The notes under the pieces were generated by a model that saw only the letters and a list, made by a program, of their open reading frames with translations, did not search any database and was not told where the DNA came from. From positions 226,514 to 284,052 of the forward strand of contig NW_018408904.1 of the NCBI RefSeq assembly GCF_002113885.1: 57,539 nt of DNA. Direction: 5' to 3'. This stretch comes from Mizuhopecten yessoensis. Its lineage: Eukaryota. Made by a program: the position numbers and the translations under genes. Each line of letters opens with the position of its first letter. Within the stretch, counting starts at the first letter, position 1. Positions 1 through 14,500 of this stretch are shown here, in pieces.

Positions 1-11
1 AAGGACATTCT

Positions 12-659
12 TCACACCTTTGAAAACACTTGTTTGATATATGAAAAAGGTGACGTAAAGTAAAATGATTTTGACTCCTTTTTCACGGTTGCACTCTCGT
101 CCTTTCCTCTCAATATTTCTCCTGCTTGTTTCCTAGTAGTAGCATCTACAAGCCAGTCCAGCATCTCATACAATCCCTCCCCGGTGGTGGCTGTGGTACC
201 AAACACTTCACACAGGTGTGATTTACGGATGGTGTTGATGTCCATTTTCTCGCTTATCTCTAATGGAGTCAGAGCTCCGGATATATCCTGTTTGTTAGCC
301 ACAACGACAAGCACAACATCCTTCAGTGATTCCTCTTTCACGGTACGGTGGAGTTCCTCCCGGGCGGATTCAATTCGTTCTTTGTCATTACTATCAACTA
401 CAAAAACAAAGGCACTAGTTCCACTATAGTAATGTCTATAAAGAGGCCGAATATTGCCCCTGCCTCCTATGTCCCAAGTCACCAACTGTATGTTCTTATG
501 TTCGACTGTCTCCACGTTGAATCCTATTGTAGGAATCGTTGTGACAACTTTACCCAGTTTCAGTCTGTAAAGAATAGTTGTTTTACCAGCAGCATCAAGT
601 CCGTTTAATAGAACTCTAAATTCACGCTTGCGGAATAATTTGCCAAATATACCACCCAT
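12..659 (-). CDS. Intronless ADP-ribosylation factor (ARF)-family small GTPase, 215 aa, divergent
   Basis: MG N-terminus; G1 GLDAAGKTT; switch [14 protein letters not shown]; G3 WDIGGR (canonical WDVGGQ); G4 NKQD; G5-like TTATTGEGL. About 40-aa C-terminal extension. Single uninterrupted ORF. Confidence 0.93.
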   Translation of the reverse strand: MGGIFGKLFRKREFRVLLNGLDAAGKTTILYRLKLGKVVTTIPTIGFNVETVEHKNIQLVTWDIGGRGNIRPLYRHYYSGTSAFVFVVDSNDKERIESAREELHRTVKEESLKDVVLVVVANKQDISGALTPLEISEKMDINTIRKSHLCEVFGTTATTGEGLYEMLDWLVDATTRKQAGEILRGKDESATVKKESKSFYFTSPFSYIKQVFSKV

Positions 660-726
660 CGTTGCTGTAATGGTTAATTTACAAACACACCCCTCGTATA
701 CATTACGTACGGCATACCAAGTCGGG

Positions 727-815
727 TATTTATATACACCTAGTTACACGTCACTGGTTGTGTGTAAACAAGGCCACGCAGTTAGAAATGACAACGCGTA
801 AATGGGAAATAACCC
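727..815 (-). promoter_or_regulatory. Putative ARF-like gene promoter: TATA box, CRE/ATF-like site and kappaB-like site
   Basis: Minus-strand TATATAAATA at 736-727, ~70 nt upstream of the ATG; TGACGTG at 753-747; GGGAAATAACCC at 804-815. Motif matches only. Confidence 0.4.
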
Positions 816-3734
816 ACAATGTTTACTGTGTTACCACAGAAGGTTACACAATACTATTTCGACCAGATGGAAAACATAGCATGGGCTTATCGATATGTAA
901 GAGTAGAGATATATAAATCGATTCAGAAAAGAAACAAGCACACGGAGACATCTACTATTTGCTTTGGTGAAAGATTTTGAATCAGTGAAAAATTTCAGTC
1001 GGATACAACAGATCAATAGCTGTAATGGTCCAATAGAATTACGGATCAATATATATATATATCAATTTATTAACAGTAAATACTTATACTGATATCTACA
1101 GATTTGATATCACTGAAGTTACTTCACTTTTCTTACGGTGTTCAAGTCTCACAACACGTATTGCATTATGCAGAGCAAAGTTTTGTTAAGGAGGAAATGT
1201 TTAATCGAAATGCGACGTGAAAAAGTCTCTTTAATTCATATCGTCGTCCAAAATCATTTAAATACGAACCCACGGAATTTGCAAACATGAATATTTTGGT
1301 AGTTACATATAATAAAAACAATCCAATTACGTGCACACATGTATATAGAGAGACGATTGATTTGCTTCTTTACGTTTTTGGCATTAACTTCAAAGCAAGT
1401 TTTGGTATGTGCTTTTTTATCATTATTGGAAACATCGTTTTGTTATTTTTTCTGACTAAACATCGGATAAAAAAGACGTGTTCTTAGTTAAAAGTTAAAA
1501 AACAACATGCATACCTAGATGTATTTTATCGGTTTCCCTTTCAAAAACATATAAAAAAGGAACAAAGATGTATAAATCGTACAAATCCATATCAACAACT
1601 GAATTATTTGGCAATTTCGCTATGTTACAGTTTATAAAGAATTATTAACTTGTTCAAATAATTCAAAGGAATTTATGTTTTGCCCATGTAATTCCATTCA
1701 CAATACACAACCGGCAAAGCCACTAAAATGTATCGCTCATATATTCAGGGCAGAATCACTCGCAAGGTTTTGTTAATAGTCATGACGTAGAATAATGTCA
1801 AATATAGAATTAACATTGATTTTTTAAAGAATAATGAATGTAATCATCACTGAAAGATTAAAACATTGGAATAGTACATAATTACATAACTATCTCTTTT
1901 AGCATAATAGCAAAGTTCTACATTCTACACAAACAATGTACGTGTCAAAGTGTCAAAGTGTAGAAAGTCAAACTTTGATATCACATATTTCCAAACTGAT
2001 GAATCTTATTGAAGATATCTCTTTTAGCGTGATTGTGGATTGATTTCAAATTTTGACGATTCTACTATCCTCCAAAGAAAAAGATAAATTTAATTTAAAA
2101 AACGAAGAAACAAAATGTCTTTCAAATTTAACATTTTTATCTTTATTTCACGTATAATTCAACTGTTAACATAAAGTGATGTTCAATGTCAAGTGCCACG
2201 AAATAAAAACAGTTTAGAGAAATGTCACGAGGGGATCAGAATTGCTCCATCGCATGCGCTTTTGGTGTACGTGTAATTACAATTTTCAGGATTATTAAAT
2301 TGTTCAGATTAAACAAAGAAAATATATTCCTGAAAATTAATGACATTCGCTAACACGAACATCAACTACAACGGGTTCATTTCATGTAAGACCTATCGCA
2401 AACAGTTCGACAATTATTGTATGAACTTCTGAATTGATTACCCGATATTTTAAAAAGTGAATGAATCACGATTTTCTGATTTAATAACAAATGAAACAGG
2501 AAGACTGTCAAATTTAACAAGTATTACTCAACTGAAAAAAACAGTAAAATGGTTCTGCTTAAATTTGATCTCTCTATGACATAAAATAATCACTAAAAAT
2601 TCAGCAAGTCAATGCAGAAAGCCAAACAATACTACAAAATGTACCACATATTGTCATCTCGCCAACTAAGACTGACAGATACATCCAGCATACAGAACCC
2701 AGCAGATTTGTTAAGTATCCTTCTCATTCCTATACAACAGAAATAACGTGAAGAACAATATGGAATCCTTACCAAGCCTCACAAACATTTTTGAGTGGAT
2801 ATACTGTTTTCATGTGTATGTCAAACGTGGATAAGTCAGAAGTCCATGAGGCAAGAAATCGTGATTTTATCGCTACAACTCGAGAATATATTGGCCAATA
2901 ATCAACTGCTGCCAAAAGAACTTCCTGTATCCATACCAACACATGTCTCTATTAAAATTCTACTGACCAACCTTTACTTTGTATGTTTGTCATTATAGAT
3001 GAACCGGATAATGCTATCAATTATTAAATAATCTACAAACATATTCCATGGTGTCCAGACAAAAGGAGAACATTTATCATAGATTAAAACCATTTATCAT
3101 AGATTAAAACCACACGTGGACACAACCCAGACACTAATAGGTTTAACATGAACAGTAAAACAGGCAATATGGGAAATAATGTAGCATAGTAAGCTTATTC
3201 CAATTATTCACAAAATCATAAATATTACAATTTATTATAAAATCCCCAAGGAAAACGTCGAGGCATATACCGTAAAAACCCTTGCATACTGTTTCATTTC
3301 ATGCATGATTAAAATTAACTCTTGAAAAGTAAACACATGTCTACTCAAAGGAAAGAAATTGATACTGTCAAATAACCTTGATTATGTTATTTGTAATAGT
3401 TGTACATTTTATTACGCTGTCAAAATACAACTAATTTTGATTAAAAATGTGTGTTTTCATTTAAGGTTTCAGATTTTACAGAATGCATTGACTATATGAC
3501 TAAGACATATTCAATTTATTTTTTATTCAAGCTATAAATGTTTGATGTAATAACTGTAAAGAAAACTTGTAATCTTATCGAAAATAAAGGGGAGAAATTA
3601 TAAGTACAGTATTATCTTATTTTTACAAGTAAACATCTGATGAATTCTTATGTTTCCATACAAAAAGTCCCAAATTTCCCTGAGACTGATATGTGCTATT
3701 TTTGGTAATGTATATGCCATGTTTGCATACATTC

Positions 3735-6700
3735 TCACCTAATTGGAGGCCGGAGACCAGCAGATCTCACACCCAGACTTTTGCGTTGTGGAAACCCCTT
3801 TGTCATCCCAACCTGTTTGAATGGTAAGCTAGTATTAGATCTGTTTGTACTGCTTTGGTAAGAATTGCTGTAGCTAGAATTTATATGTGTCCCGACGGTC
3901 GATTCCCATTTAAAAAATTCACAACCTTTCCTCTTATCTTGTGGATTACTTGGGCGTGATCCAGCCCCACAGGTGAAGAAGAATCTGCCCATGTTGGGCC
4001 CCGGTGTTTGAGCCATGCGCCTCTTCGACCGCTTGCCACACCCACATAAAGGCGGTGTTCCTTTCATACTACTGGTAGTGCTGTTTGGTGTTTTGATGGA
4101 GGAATTGGTTGGGGTTACAAAACCACAGAATGAGGTCAAGCTTTTCTGTCCTGCTGTGTTTTCTAGTGACACCAAAGAAGAGTTTGAAGTTCTTGATTGA
4201 GGGTGGCCAACATGACTAGGAGTTTTGAACGAGGTGGAAATAGACAGATTCTTAGTCAACTTTACTGATCTACTTGCAGAAACATTACACTGAATGTTTG
4301 GAATTGTTGTCTTACAGTTCTGTGGAGTTTGAAATACTGTTCTGTTCCTGTTGGATGTCTGGTTCAGATGTTGAGTATTACAAGTGATGCTATTGTCTCT
4401 GGATCGAAGACCAGTTGTACTTAGCTGTTTTTTAACATTTGGTGTGGATAATAGATCCGCTGTTGATATTTCCTCGTGAGAGGGATCTCTATAAATCTGA
4501 TCTACTATGGATATTTTTGTTGTTGATGGAAGCTTCCTATTCACTGCAGCCTTTGGGGACCTAACAGGTATTTTACTTTTAGCAGACCTTGGACTGGAGA
4601 CCATTGTAACAATTTCTCGACTGTCACTGGTTTTCCTGACAGTCCTTTGACCAGAAACAGCTGTAGGCATAATGGTTTTTCTAGTGGGTGAGGAATGTGA
4701 GATACCAAGACATGGTGATAAACGTGTGTCTGTTTTCCTCCTCTTGTTACACGGACTTGTACTGGGACTGTGTAAGGCTTGGACAGCAGGGAGGGTCTCC
4801 CGGACAGCAATGTGGTGTTCACCAGACACAAGTTTTGTTACAGCTGTGCTACTATCAACAGGCATTGCTTTTGGTAATCCCATCTTAACACCCGATTCCA
4901 AACTCTGATAACAAACCACAAACAAATCTATAGGTTAACAGGCTTTATTTGTAAAACATTGATATCATATCACATTCATTTAAATTATTGTTAAACATGC
5001 ATTGAATATAAATACTTTTAAACAAATACATAATTATAAATAAAAACAATCTTAATATCCAATTCACATCAATCAATATACGTAAATAAAAACACTGGAA
5101 CAATTCAACATAATTTCCAAATACATGTAATGTAAAATCCAGAAAAGAGTACCAACGGTAGAAAACCAGTCAGCTGATATGGAATTATAAAGTTGCTAAA
5201 ACTACACAAGATGAAATGAAAGAAGTATGTTAAAGGTACCATAAGTTCAATAATAAAACTAGTAAAAAGTCAATAATTGAAACCAATATCCTAAATATTG
5301 GGGCTAGAGACAGTACTTTTCTATATGACAGTTTATAAGTAATCAGTCATACCGACAGGAGACTTTTAGTGGTGGTCAACACACATCCGTCTTTGGCCAT
5401 CCTCCAGGCCAGCCGGGCAGTGTTACGGGAATCATGCAGACCTGGAAATAAAGCAACACATTTAAAAAAAGGCAATGTATTGCAAGATATACATAGCTCT
5501 GCACCCCCTCAACTTACGCTGAAGACAAACTTCTGTATAAAAGGTCAATAACTCCTATTAAAGTGGGGCATGGGACCTGATTGAAGTACATTGCACTCCA
5601 TCATTCAAAGAGGTATTTTCACTCAAAATTTGGATATTAAAGGCGACACATTATATTTGACAGACATTGGATTTTCCCAGACAAAGCGATGTACAGTGAG
5701 CAAAGGTCATAAGGTCATCACTCTGTATTCATGTATATGGATCCTATCATCCACTAAAGGGCGGAACAGGTAAACAAGTTACCGGTCCCCCTGACTGCCT
5801 GCAGTATTAGCGTAATTGGGCAAAATGTGTCTAAGATTTTTGACAGCTGACTTCACCGATTCGGCACACGGTGGCTTAGTGAGTTGTTTTCCGTGGTTTA
5901 CAAGTTGAGACACCGGTCATTTGCACTCTTTGCTTGACAAAGGAAACAGAATTTTCAAAAACTTTCAAAATAAGTTTTCAATTCCTGTTTGTGTTCAAAA
6001 CAAACTTAGCCTTGAACGTTTGGGATATTTCTTTTCCTAATACCTTTCTTTGCAAAAGCTTGCTTTTAGTCTTGGTACTGAGCGTTTTCCCAAGTGAGTG
6101 AGTTTATGGGTTCTGCTGAGCAGAGACCACACCTAGCCCTTGGGTGACCGATCCTCTGCGGACACAATCATCTGCGGACACTATCTTCGTATATACGAAT
6201 GGCATTAGCTGATGCGAAGACATTAAACCACAAACAAACTAGAATAATATTCACCTGAATGCTGACGCCCCTCAAATGTGATACCGAGGTCCTGTAGAGC
6301 TCCATTTAATCCCTGTGGACGTCGGTTGTAAAACTTCCTGTATGTCGCCCTCAGATCAATCCAGCTGTTCAGTTGTGGTGGCTTCAACAGTTGCTTTCTT
6401 CTACACTCATTGAAAAGGCAAACACCAAGATCCCAGTCTGATATAATAAAAAATCTGGTTTTATATTTCTAAACAAATGAAAGACATCCAAATTATATTG
6501 TACAATCCATTCCCCCCATTTACTTTGAATTTGTGATTCATGATTTATGAAATTTACTATTTTGATTAGCATCTAATTAACAACCTTTCTATCAATGAAG
6601 AAAATATGAATCTAGGATTTAATAATTCATGTTAAGATCATAACAGGTTTTACCTGACCAGGTGACGAATGTGGCAGCCTTAGAGCTGGACTGTCGGCCT

Positions 6701-9700
6701 CTGAGGACGGGTGAGAATGCTATCCCTTTGTCTCTACACAGACCATCTAACCACTTAGAGAACTTTTTCAGGCAAAGCCTCAGTGGAATACCTTCATCGA
6801 CCAGTTCCTGCACAAGATGAAATGGTCAAAACATTTTGCAAAACTTGTAATTTTTAATATTTTGTAGTTTACATTAGCACACATGCTGTATGATCGTTAC
6901 TTGTTGACTTCTGTCTGGACAGCTAAATGTAGGCTAATTGAAATGTATATTGAATTATCTCAAAATACACTAAATGTATTATCTATGAAGCTGAAAATGT
7001 ATATCCAAAAGAAATACTCACTTACCTGAGTGATGCCAGTCAGTTCATGACAGAAGTCACTGAGTATAGGATGTTCGTGTGGCTGGACGTAATACTGGAA
7101 CTCGCTCTCAATATCGCCTGTGGCTGTATTTAGAAGCACTGCTGGGAACTCAACTAGGACAAGAAAAAAAAAAAGGGTAAAACTCAACAGACAACACAAC
7201 TTCATGTAGTACAATACCAGAGATTTCAGTGATGAAGACATTGTTTAGAAGTAGACTGCTATAGATATTAAAAAACTAATTTCTGTTATAATTATAGACC
7301 TTGTTGCACTCATAGCAACCAAGCTACTGGCCATAGATCATTACTACACACCTCTTGTTGCTTCAATAAAGGTTAAGGTCTTTTTTTTTTTAAGAAAACC
7401 TATGTACATGTAGCATTCTATGTCAGGAAGCTATATAATTGTCCAATTATCATGTTCTGAATTACAAAATGTTGCACAGATTAAAAAAACATCTTACTTA
7501 TTTCCTGTGTTTGGAATTTTTTCTCCTTCCAGCAAGTGGATTCAAAGTCCAAAACTATAAGGTATTCAAAAGGCTGACCTATTGAAATAAAAAGTGTAAA
7601 CAAGAATGCTCATGACAATAATGTACATGTAGAAAAATAGAATGAGAAACACCATTGACATTTTATCATTTATGTTGCAATTATATTCAGCTTTGTATCA
7701 ATTTGAATTACCATGTGATACTCCTACATTGATCATGTCTACAGCCCGTTCCCTCTGAACTTGTGATAGCCATGCATGGTATACACCTGATTATACCAGT
7801 AATGAAAAACTGTACTGCTGATAATTTTTCAAGACTTTCCAATCGACAAGGGGTGAAAACAGGCCCAAGGGGCCTTAATACTCACTTGAAATCAATGACT
7901 TAAATTATAATTGATATTGGACTACAAATCGACTCTAAAATAACAAGAAAGGGTCTGGGCAATGTGAGGATCATTCCTGTTTAGTTTAGTGAAGTTAAAG
8001 AATATTTGAGCGCAAGTTGAAAATGTAAAAAGTTTAAAACAGATGGAGGACAGTCGTTCAGGAGATAAAGGCTTTTAAAGGGAAAAGTTGACGTCGGACA
8101 ACATAAACTCACTTGCCCTGCGGGCAGGTGAGCTAAAAACCACAGGGCAGTTGGCCAGGGATCGTTATAATTAAGTAACTGTTTCCTTCTTAGCTTTTGT
8201 AATTGAATGTTAAAATGATTCACTAAATTAAAAATCACAGGTTTCTCTTGGGAAAGAAACCCCCAAAAATGAATGCAAATATTGCTAAAATAAAGGAAGG
8301 TGTGTGTTGATAGTGTTTAGATCTATGCAGATTGATTGACAAACAAAATAAGAATAATTCACTGAAAAAGTGAAATACATATACCCCCAGTAGTGTCAAA
8401 TAAAATAAAATCTAACACTACTTCTACTTAACTAAATCTTCTAATTCTATTGGCTAATTCCATCCCTAGGAGGTTGGGCTACATCTCTCTTTTAGAAGTC
8501 TTTTGATGACCATTTCCCTGTCTAAGGACCACGATTAACTTATCACTGCATTATACTAAATTGACCTTACATCCACACACCATTGTCCTCCGACCCTTCA
8601 CACAGACATTTCCACACACTCCATTCCCTTTGAGTTCCTACCACCATGCGTGTCCTGGTCATCTCCTTTGTTAACAATTACAATCTCTTTTTAATTGCCT
8701 TCTTCTTACTCTTCTGATCTTACTCACTACATCTGTCATACTTACTTGGAGACCGTGAGCATTTACTGCCACTAGACGCTGAGAGTGTCCGTTTCCGCAA
8801 CAGTCCAAGTTCCCTAGAATAAAATTTACAATATGTATGCAATATGTAAAACATTTTACAGTAACGTTACTTAGTCATATCTCTACTCAAAAGCCTATTT
8901 AATAGGTCTGGTGTAGGTCAATCACTCTGGATCAGCTGCTGATCTGTTAGCAGATATATAAGACGGTCAGTTTTATTTGAATCATAATGATGTGATTTAG
9001 AGTGTCTTTTCAAAGTAAGGTTGTTGTTTACTTCTTTTGAAATATAGTACTGATGAGAAACTTGAAATGTCAAAATCTAAGATGACTGCAAGCTGGTGAC
9101 CACCTTGGGTTTTTCCCCAATCTTTTTCTAAATAACAAATGCACAATTATAGACTAATAGAAACATTCAACTGTAAGTTGAGGAAGACCTGTCCAGATTT
9201 TCTTGAGAAATAGCAATAACAAAATTACATTTAGCTGTCTGGTGGCAATCTTGGTTTTTCCAATTAGTCTCAAAGTAAAAGGAAACATACCTAACTATGG
9301 ACCAATAGGAACCTGTATATGAAATTTGCGAAATATCTTTCTCAAGTTCTTTTTCAGAAATACTCTGTATATAATGATTAAACACTTCAGCTGCCAAGTT
9401 GGCTGTCAGATACCATTTTGTTTTGCTAATCAGTCTCAAACAAAAAATGCAGAACTTGTACCAAGGGGAAATGGCATATAAAATTTGAGAAAGATCTGCT
9501 GAATCAATTGAATGCTTCATATCATCATTTTATACATGTATAACAATTATGTGTACATACGCTTTAAATAGCATAGCTGATTTTGACGTCAGTTTAAAAT
9601 ATTTAAAAATTTTTTTTTTATGTATTGCAGCTAAATCTGTCTTCAGAATCACAGGCTTATATCTTTCGACTATGCTAAAAACTGTAGGAATAGTTCTTTC

Positions 9701-11283
9701 AAAAATGTTTTTAAACAAGGGCATAAATAGGGGAGGTATCTTCAATTCATATACTTTACTCACATCCACTTTGATTCAAGTGTTTTGTGTCACTCGTGTT
9801 TCAAATTGGTGCATTATATATGGAGGAGAGGTGCAAAGTTTAAATCTAAGGGGAATAAATCCATTTAATTGTGGAGGCAACTCCAAAATATTGACCTTAT
9901 TGAGTTATTCACATCCCTACAATGTATGTATCATGTGTACCAAGTATAAATCAATTCGAAAAAGTAACCTGTAACTGTATAATATTATAAGTTAAGATAA
10001 TCATTATCTAATATTGTGACGTTAACATGATCCCGAACAAAGTAGAGCTTTGAATGATCTTTTAAAGAAAGTCATGACTAACTAATAAAAAGAATCTAGA
10101 TTTTTGCACTGTTATGAACGATATTGATTAAATTTGTTACATATGAAAAAGCAAATAAAAAGACAGGTTAATTTAATTAACAAGAGGCCCAGAGGGCTGT
10201 ATCGCTCACCTGGATATTTGAGCAATCATGATGGGAAAATATTCTCAAATATTTCCATATATTGAGTCACCTTGGCTTAAGAATGTTCCAGACTAAATGA
10301 AACTATATACTATTCTATCTCAGCATGCTACTGGTCAAATATCATCATCCAGTGTCTCCTTGTATTGCAGAAGAAGTGGTTGTTTATAGAATAAGATATT
10401 TACATGTTTGACCAGATAACAGTGAAAGTAGGTCAAGGTAATTTATTTGTGGAAACTTTATAGCACTCTGTCCATGGTACCAACTGGCCAAGTATCATTA
10501 TTCTGGGCCTCCTGGTTATTCTTCAGAAGTATATATTTGACACCTGTGATCTTGAAAGTAGATCAAGGTCATTTATTAAGGGGAAATTTATAGGACTCTG
10601 TACCTACTTGCCAAATATTATATTGCTCTTGGCCTCTTATAAGCTCACCTGGCACTACGCAAAACTTTGTGCCAAGTTACCTCAAAATCACAGAACCAAT
10701 CTTGTACGTTAAAGATGTTTTTACACCGACACAAATATTGGCAGAGAGTGTTACTGCAAAAATCACAGACCAACCATGTAACATGTCAATAGTTGCTTAA
10801 TTTTTAGTCACAAAGACAAATATTGGCAGACAGTCTCATTATTGATTGTTTATCATGTTTACTAGTACGAGTTTCTTCCCCTTAACCACATATACCGATA
10901 ATTTTCATATTTTGCCGATTTTGACCGATATTCGGTATATATATATGTATGGTACGGATATAATATTTTGGTATGGAACAACTTCAATCCTTGGTACAGA
11001 AAAAAATGGATTCTTGGTACGGATAAACTTAAACTTGGTAATTATTGCCGAGCGTGCGGACCGACACCTCTAGTACAGTATACTGACAGTACAGTATCGG
11101 AACGCTATAAACGAAACGGTCCTGCCTTAATCCTACAAGTACAAGGAGCAAAAATTCGCTGAATGCTAGGAGTCAGCGAAGACAACTTTGCAAACTGGGC
11201 AAATGCTTCGGGCAAATCTTTGCTGATAGAAATAGTTACCTCGCCAATTCCTTAAAATGCCGCACAAAGATCCTACAAAGCAT
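3735..11283 (-). CDS. ERI2: ERI1 exoribonuclease family member 2 (DEDDh 3'-5' exonuclease + C-terminal GRF zinc finger), 8 coding exons, ~638 aa
   Basis: Phase-consistent GT-AG exons: 11283-11240 (MLCRIFVRHFKELAR), 8813-8746 (ELGLLRKR..), 7578-7498 (YLIVLDFESTCW), 7153-7026 (IEFPAVLLN..ELTGITQ), 6807-6654 (..ATFVTWS), 6437-6255 (DWDLGVCL..WIDLRATYR..FEGRQHS), 5441-5353 (GLHDSRNTARL), 4904-3735 (S/T-rich linker, then PPLCGCG..GPNMGRFFFTC..CEFFKW). Confidence 0.93.
7857..8139 (-). mobile_element. Short Helentron-associated (HINE/DINE-like) non-autonomous element in ERI2 intron
   Basis: One end has the hairpin GGCCCAAGGGGCC plus CTCACTTG; the other has the inverted repeat CTCACTTGCCC..GGGCAGGTGAG followed by CTAAAAA. 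Same termini as other copies in this window. Confidence 0.6.
10179..10655 (-). mobile_element. Partial HINE-like element in ERI2 intron 1
   Basis: Begins AACAAGAGGCCCAGAGGGCTGTATCGCTCACCTGGATAT, nearly identical to the terminus of the 35708 element; degenerate GTCAAGGTCA-containing internal repeats. Confidence 0.6.
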
Positions 11284-11575
11284 TAAATAGATCAAGATTG
11301 TTGCGATCTGAATCACCTGAGTGTTTGCAAAATTGGTTTTTGTAGTGAGCGTTTTTAAAGCTTTTGGATGAGAGGGATTTAAAATATTAACACGTGAAAC
11401 CGAAAAGTTGATACAATGATGAGATGAGGGATCTGTCTAACTCCAAGAAACCTATGACACTTTCAGATTTTATAATGAAGATGAAACGACAACAATACAG
11501 GAAACATGCACGATATTGACAGATGTATGGCAATTGATATTTAGAACTACTGGGGTTTTCGCATTTTATTACAAT
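11284..11575. promoter_or_regulatory. Bidirectional promoter / 5' UTRs shared by ERI2 and REXO5
   Basis: Divergent ATGs at 11283 (-) and 11576 (+) leave only 292 bp between them; E-box CACGTG at 11391-11396. Confidence 0.75.
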
Positions 11576-14500
11576 ATGACAACAGAAGAGAAGTCGTTGG
11601 ATTCTCAATCTTCGAAGAAGGTCAAGCGCATCGAATCGAAGAAGAGAAAAGCTGTGGCTTTCCTCCAGCTAGCTAAAGATGTGGAAGCGGTACGATGTTA
11701 TTGCTGTTTTATAGCTATCATTTGAAATATTGTGACTTTCCCCTTTGGTTCCACAGGAGCCTGAAGTTCTGTCAAAAAATAATAATAACAGTAATACAAA
11801 AAATACCTATGATATATTTTCTAAGCATATTATAGGTATTTATTTTGTATTACTGTTGTTATCATTTTTTTTTTACAGAACTTCAGGCTCCTGTGATGGT
11901 TCTTACCAGTCACACTGGAGATTCCAGCGAGTACTACCTCAACTGGGGTGTGTCTATTTTTTAGTAAAGAAGCAAATATATAAAGACAGGTTAATCTGGC
12001 TTATAACATTGCCCTTTTCGAGCAATCACTGCATGTGATCATGCAAGTCTTTTGTCATCTTGTACTAGAAAATACAGGGAATATATAAAAGCAGTATCGA
12101 AGGTAACAGTATATGAAAAATAACTTTGTATAGAACAATACAACACCTGATATAAATCTAACTGATCATGCACGCTCCTACTACTGATAGCTCAGAATGT
12201 GTATATAAACATGCATGGCCAATCGCTCGGTTCCCCGGCCACAGCAACACACACACAGGCCTTTTACCACACTACCTGTACAGAATAGCTCAGTACGGCG
12301 ATATATCACTATGCCCAGTACTGCTGATATCTCACTACGATGATAGCTCAGCCTCACTGCTTGAACTTATACTGTACAAATCTGTCAAACTCTCCTCGCT
12401 AACCTTGAGTTATCTTGACCACTCTGGGATCCCTAAAACTCCCCATAGCAACCTAATGAGTTCTCACAGTGCTGTTTTGATTTATCAATGTAGCAGACCA
12501 GAAGCAACATGGTAGCTCGCCCCTTGTTGTGTATGGTACTTTGGATTGAGCGAACGTAATGGGTAACAGTCTTATTCAGACATACCCCATTTTGGTCGCC
12601 TTATATAACCCTATGCCCCACCAGACCTGTCAATCACCCAGAGATTGTCCATATTACCTATATGTTTTGAACGGGGCTAGCTCAAGGTCAGCTTTACTCA
12701 AGCGTGTAAATGACATTGAGAATACAAAGAAACAGTGAGATTAACAAATAGAAAAAAAGCTAGCTTGGTAGGTTTTCCTCACAATATCTAGATGGTAAAG
12801 TAACAAAGTAAACTTATTTTTGGCCAGTTCATATATATATATATATCTGTATAGTATAATGATCTGGTGTATCTGGCATTAAAAAGTCAATCATAATCAG
12901 TCATCCAGAATTTGCAGTTATGAAATCCATAAAACACATTTATACGAAAGCACTCTTTTTTGTATATCTTGTATCTCAAGCAAAATTACTTTTATAGGGA
13001 TTCCTAGCCGAAATTTCTTCTGGCCCTGACGCTAGACTTAGACATTTTGACAGATAAATGTCTGGTGTGGGGCCAGAGCACAGTACTATATGAAATAATG
13101 GAATTCTCCAACACCGTTTGGTATCGGTGCTGACAACAAAAATAAACAATGACACAACACATATCTTACATTATAACATATATCCATAAATGGGATATTT
13201 ATTGATCCAAAATCACCCTTTTTATCACCAACAACTGCTACCATCTGTCAGTAGAGTCCTCAGTTTTCAATCATTTAAAATTTTCTACTTGAGCAATGTC
13301 TTTGATTTGTAGGTTTTGCAAATTACATGGGAATGACTAATCAACAAATAGAGGCAGATTGGAAATCTTTTAGATTAGAATAATATATTCTGTTTTTGTC
13401 CAGATCAGTATGGTTTGTTGATTTGTCACTCCCGTGTAATTTGCGTATTTACCTGTATATTTTCATTAAAAGGTTAAAGCCAGTATGAAAGATTCTGATG
13501 ATGATGATGAAGTTCATACACAAGCTAAGAAACAGAAGATTCCAGAAGCCTTTGGGGATATTGCATCATTTGTTACACAGGAGAAGTCAACCAAAATATC
13601 TGAAGATAATTCTGAAGAGGTTACCAAGCCCAAACTATCAGGAGATGCCTTACTGGAACTTCGTAAAACTCTACGGGAAAAACAGAGAGCTAGCCTGGTA
13701 ATTTAACTGGAATATTACTTATGTTAGTGACACAAGTACTGTATAATTAATTCTATATAAAAATAATGCCTATATATATGAAACGATAAAACCTTTGAAT
13801 ATGTATTCACCTACGTATACCCAATCTTACTACATTATGATTGCATGTAAAATACTATCTAAGGCATTTAAATATTTTTCAATGAAACACTATTTTGGTC
13901 TTTATGTTAGCAAGGTAATCAGGAACCAATGCTAAAGTTAAGTCACTCTGTTAAGTTTTTTGTTTGTTAGATAAAAATCCTGCATGATCAAATTTTAAAA
14001 TTAGAAACAAGAAATCCAGTATGAAACAATACAGATTTTGAATTAGCTTACCAGACAAAAAGAGATTGTGTGGTGTCTGTTTTCCTGCCAATCTGTCATC
14101 AAGTGTCCATAAAACAGCTTTTTCTGCAGAACCATAAGGCCTAAAGTCATGATTTATTTGTCATGTAGCTTGATGTAGTGATTCCTCCTTCCTTTGCCAA
14201 ATATGACACTACATTTTTCTACATCAAATTAAATATCTCATGCTTTTTGGGTATCACATATTTTTAGGTATATGTGATTTCAAAATTGAAATTGATCTCT
14301 GATTAAGTCCATTAGTTGTTTTTTGGTATAAAAAATGGAATCGAAATATATATATTCTTAATGTATGATGGTACATATTTTTCAAGAAGTGATTTAATTG
14401 CTACCATACACCATAAACAGGTTGTATGCATTTGTGTGTCGATATAACTGTCATAAAATATGAAGAGGTTACATTTCAATCCTTAATTACACCACAAAGT

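Noticed and set aside
12130-12715. Possible solo LTR in REXO5 intron 1 (more GC-rich, TATA-like motif on the minus strand)
   Set aside because: I could not find matching TG..CA ends with a target-site duplication.
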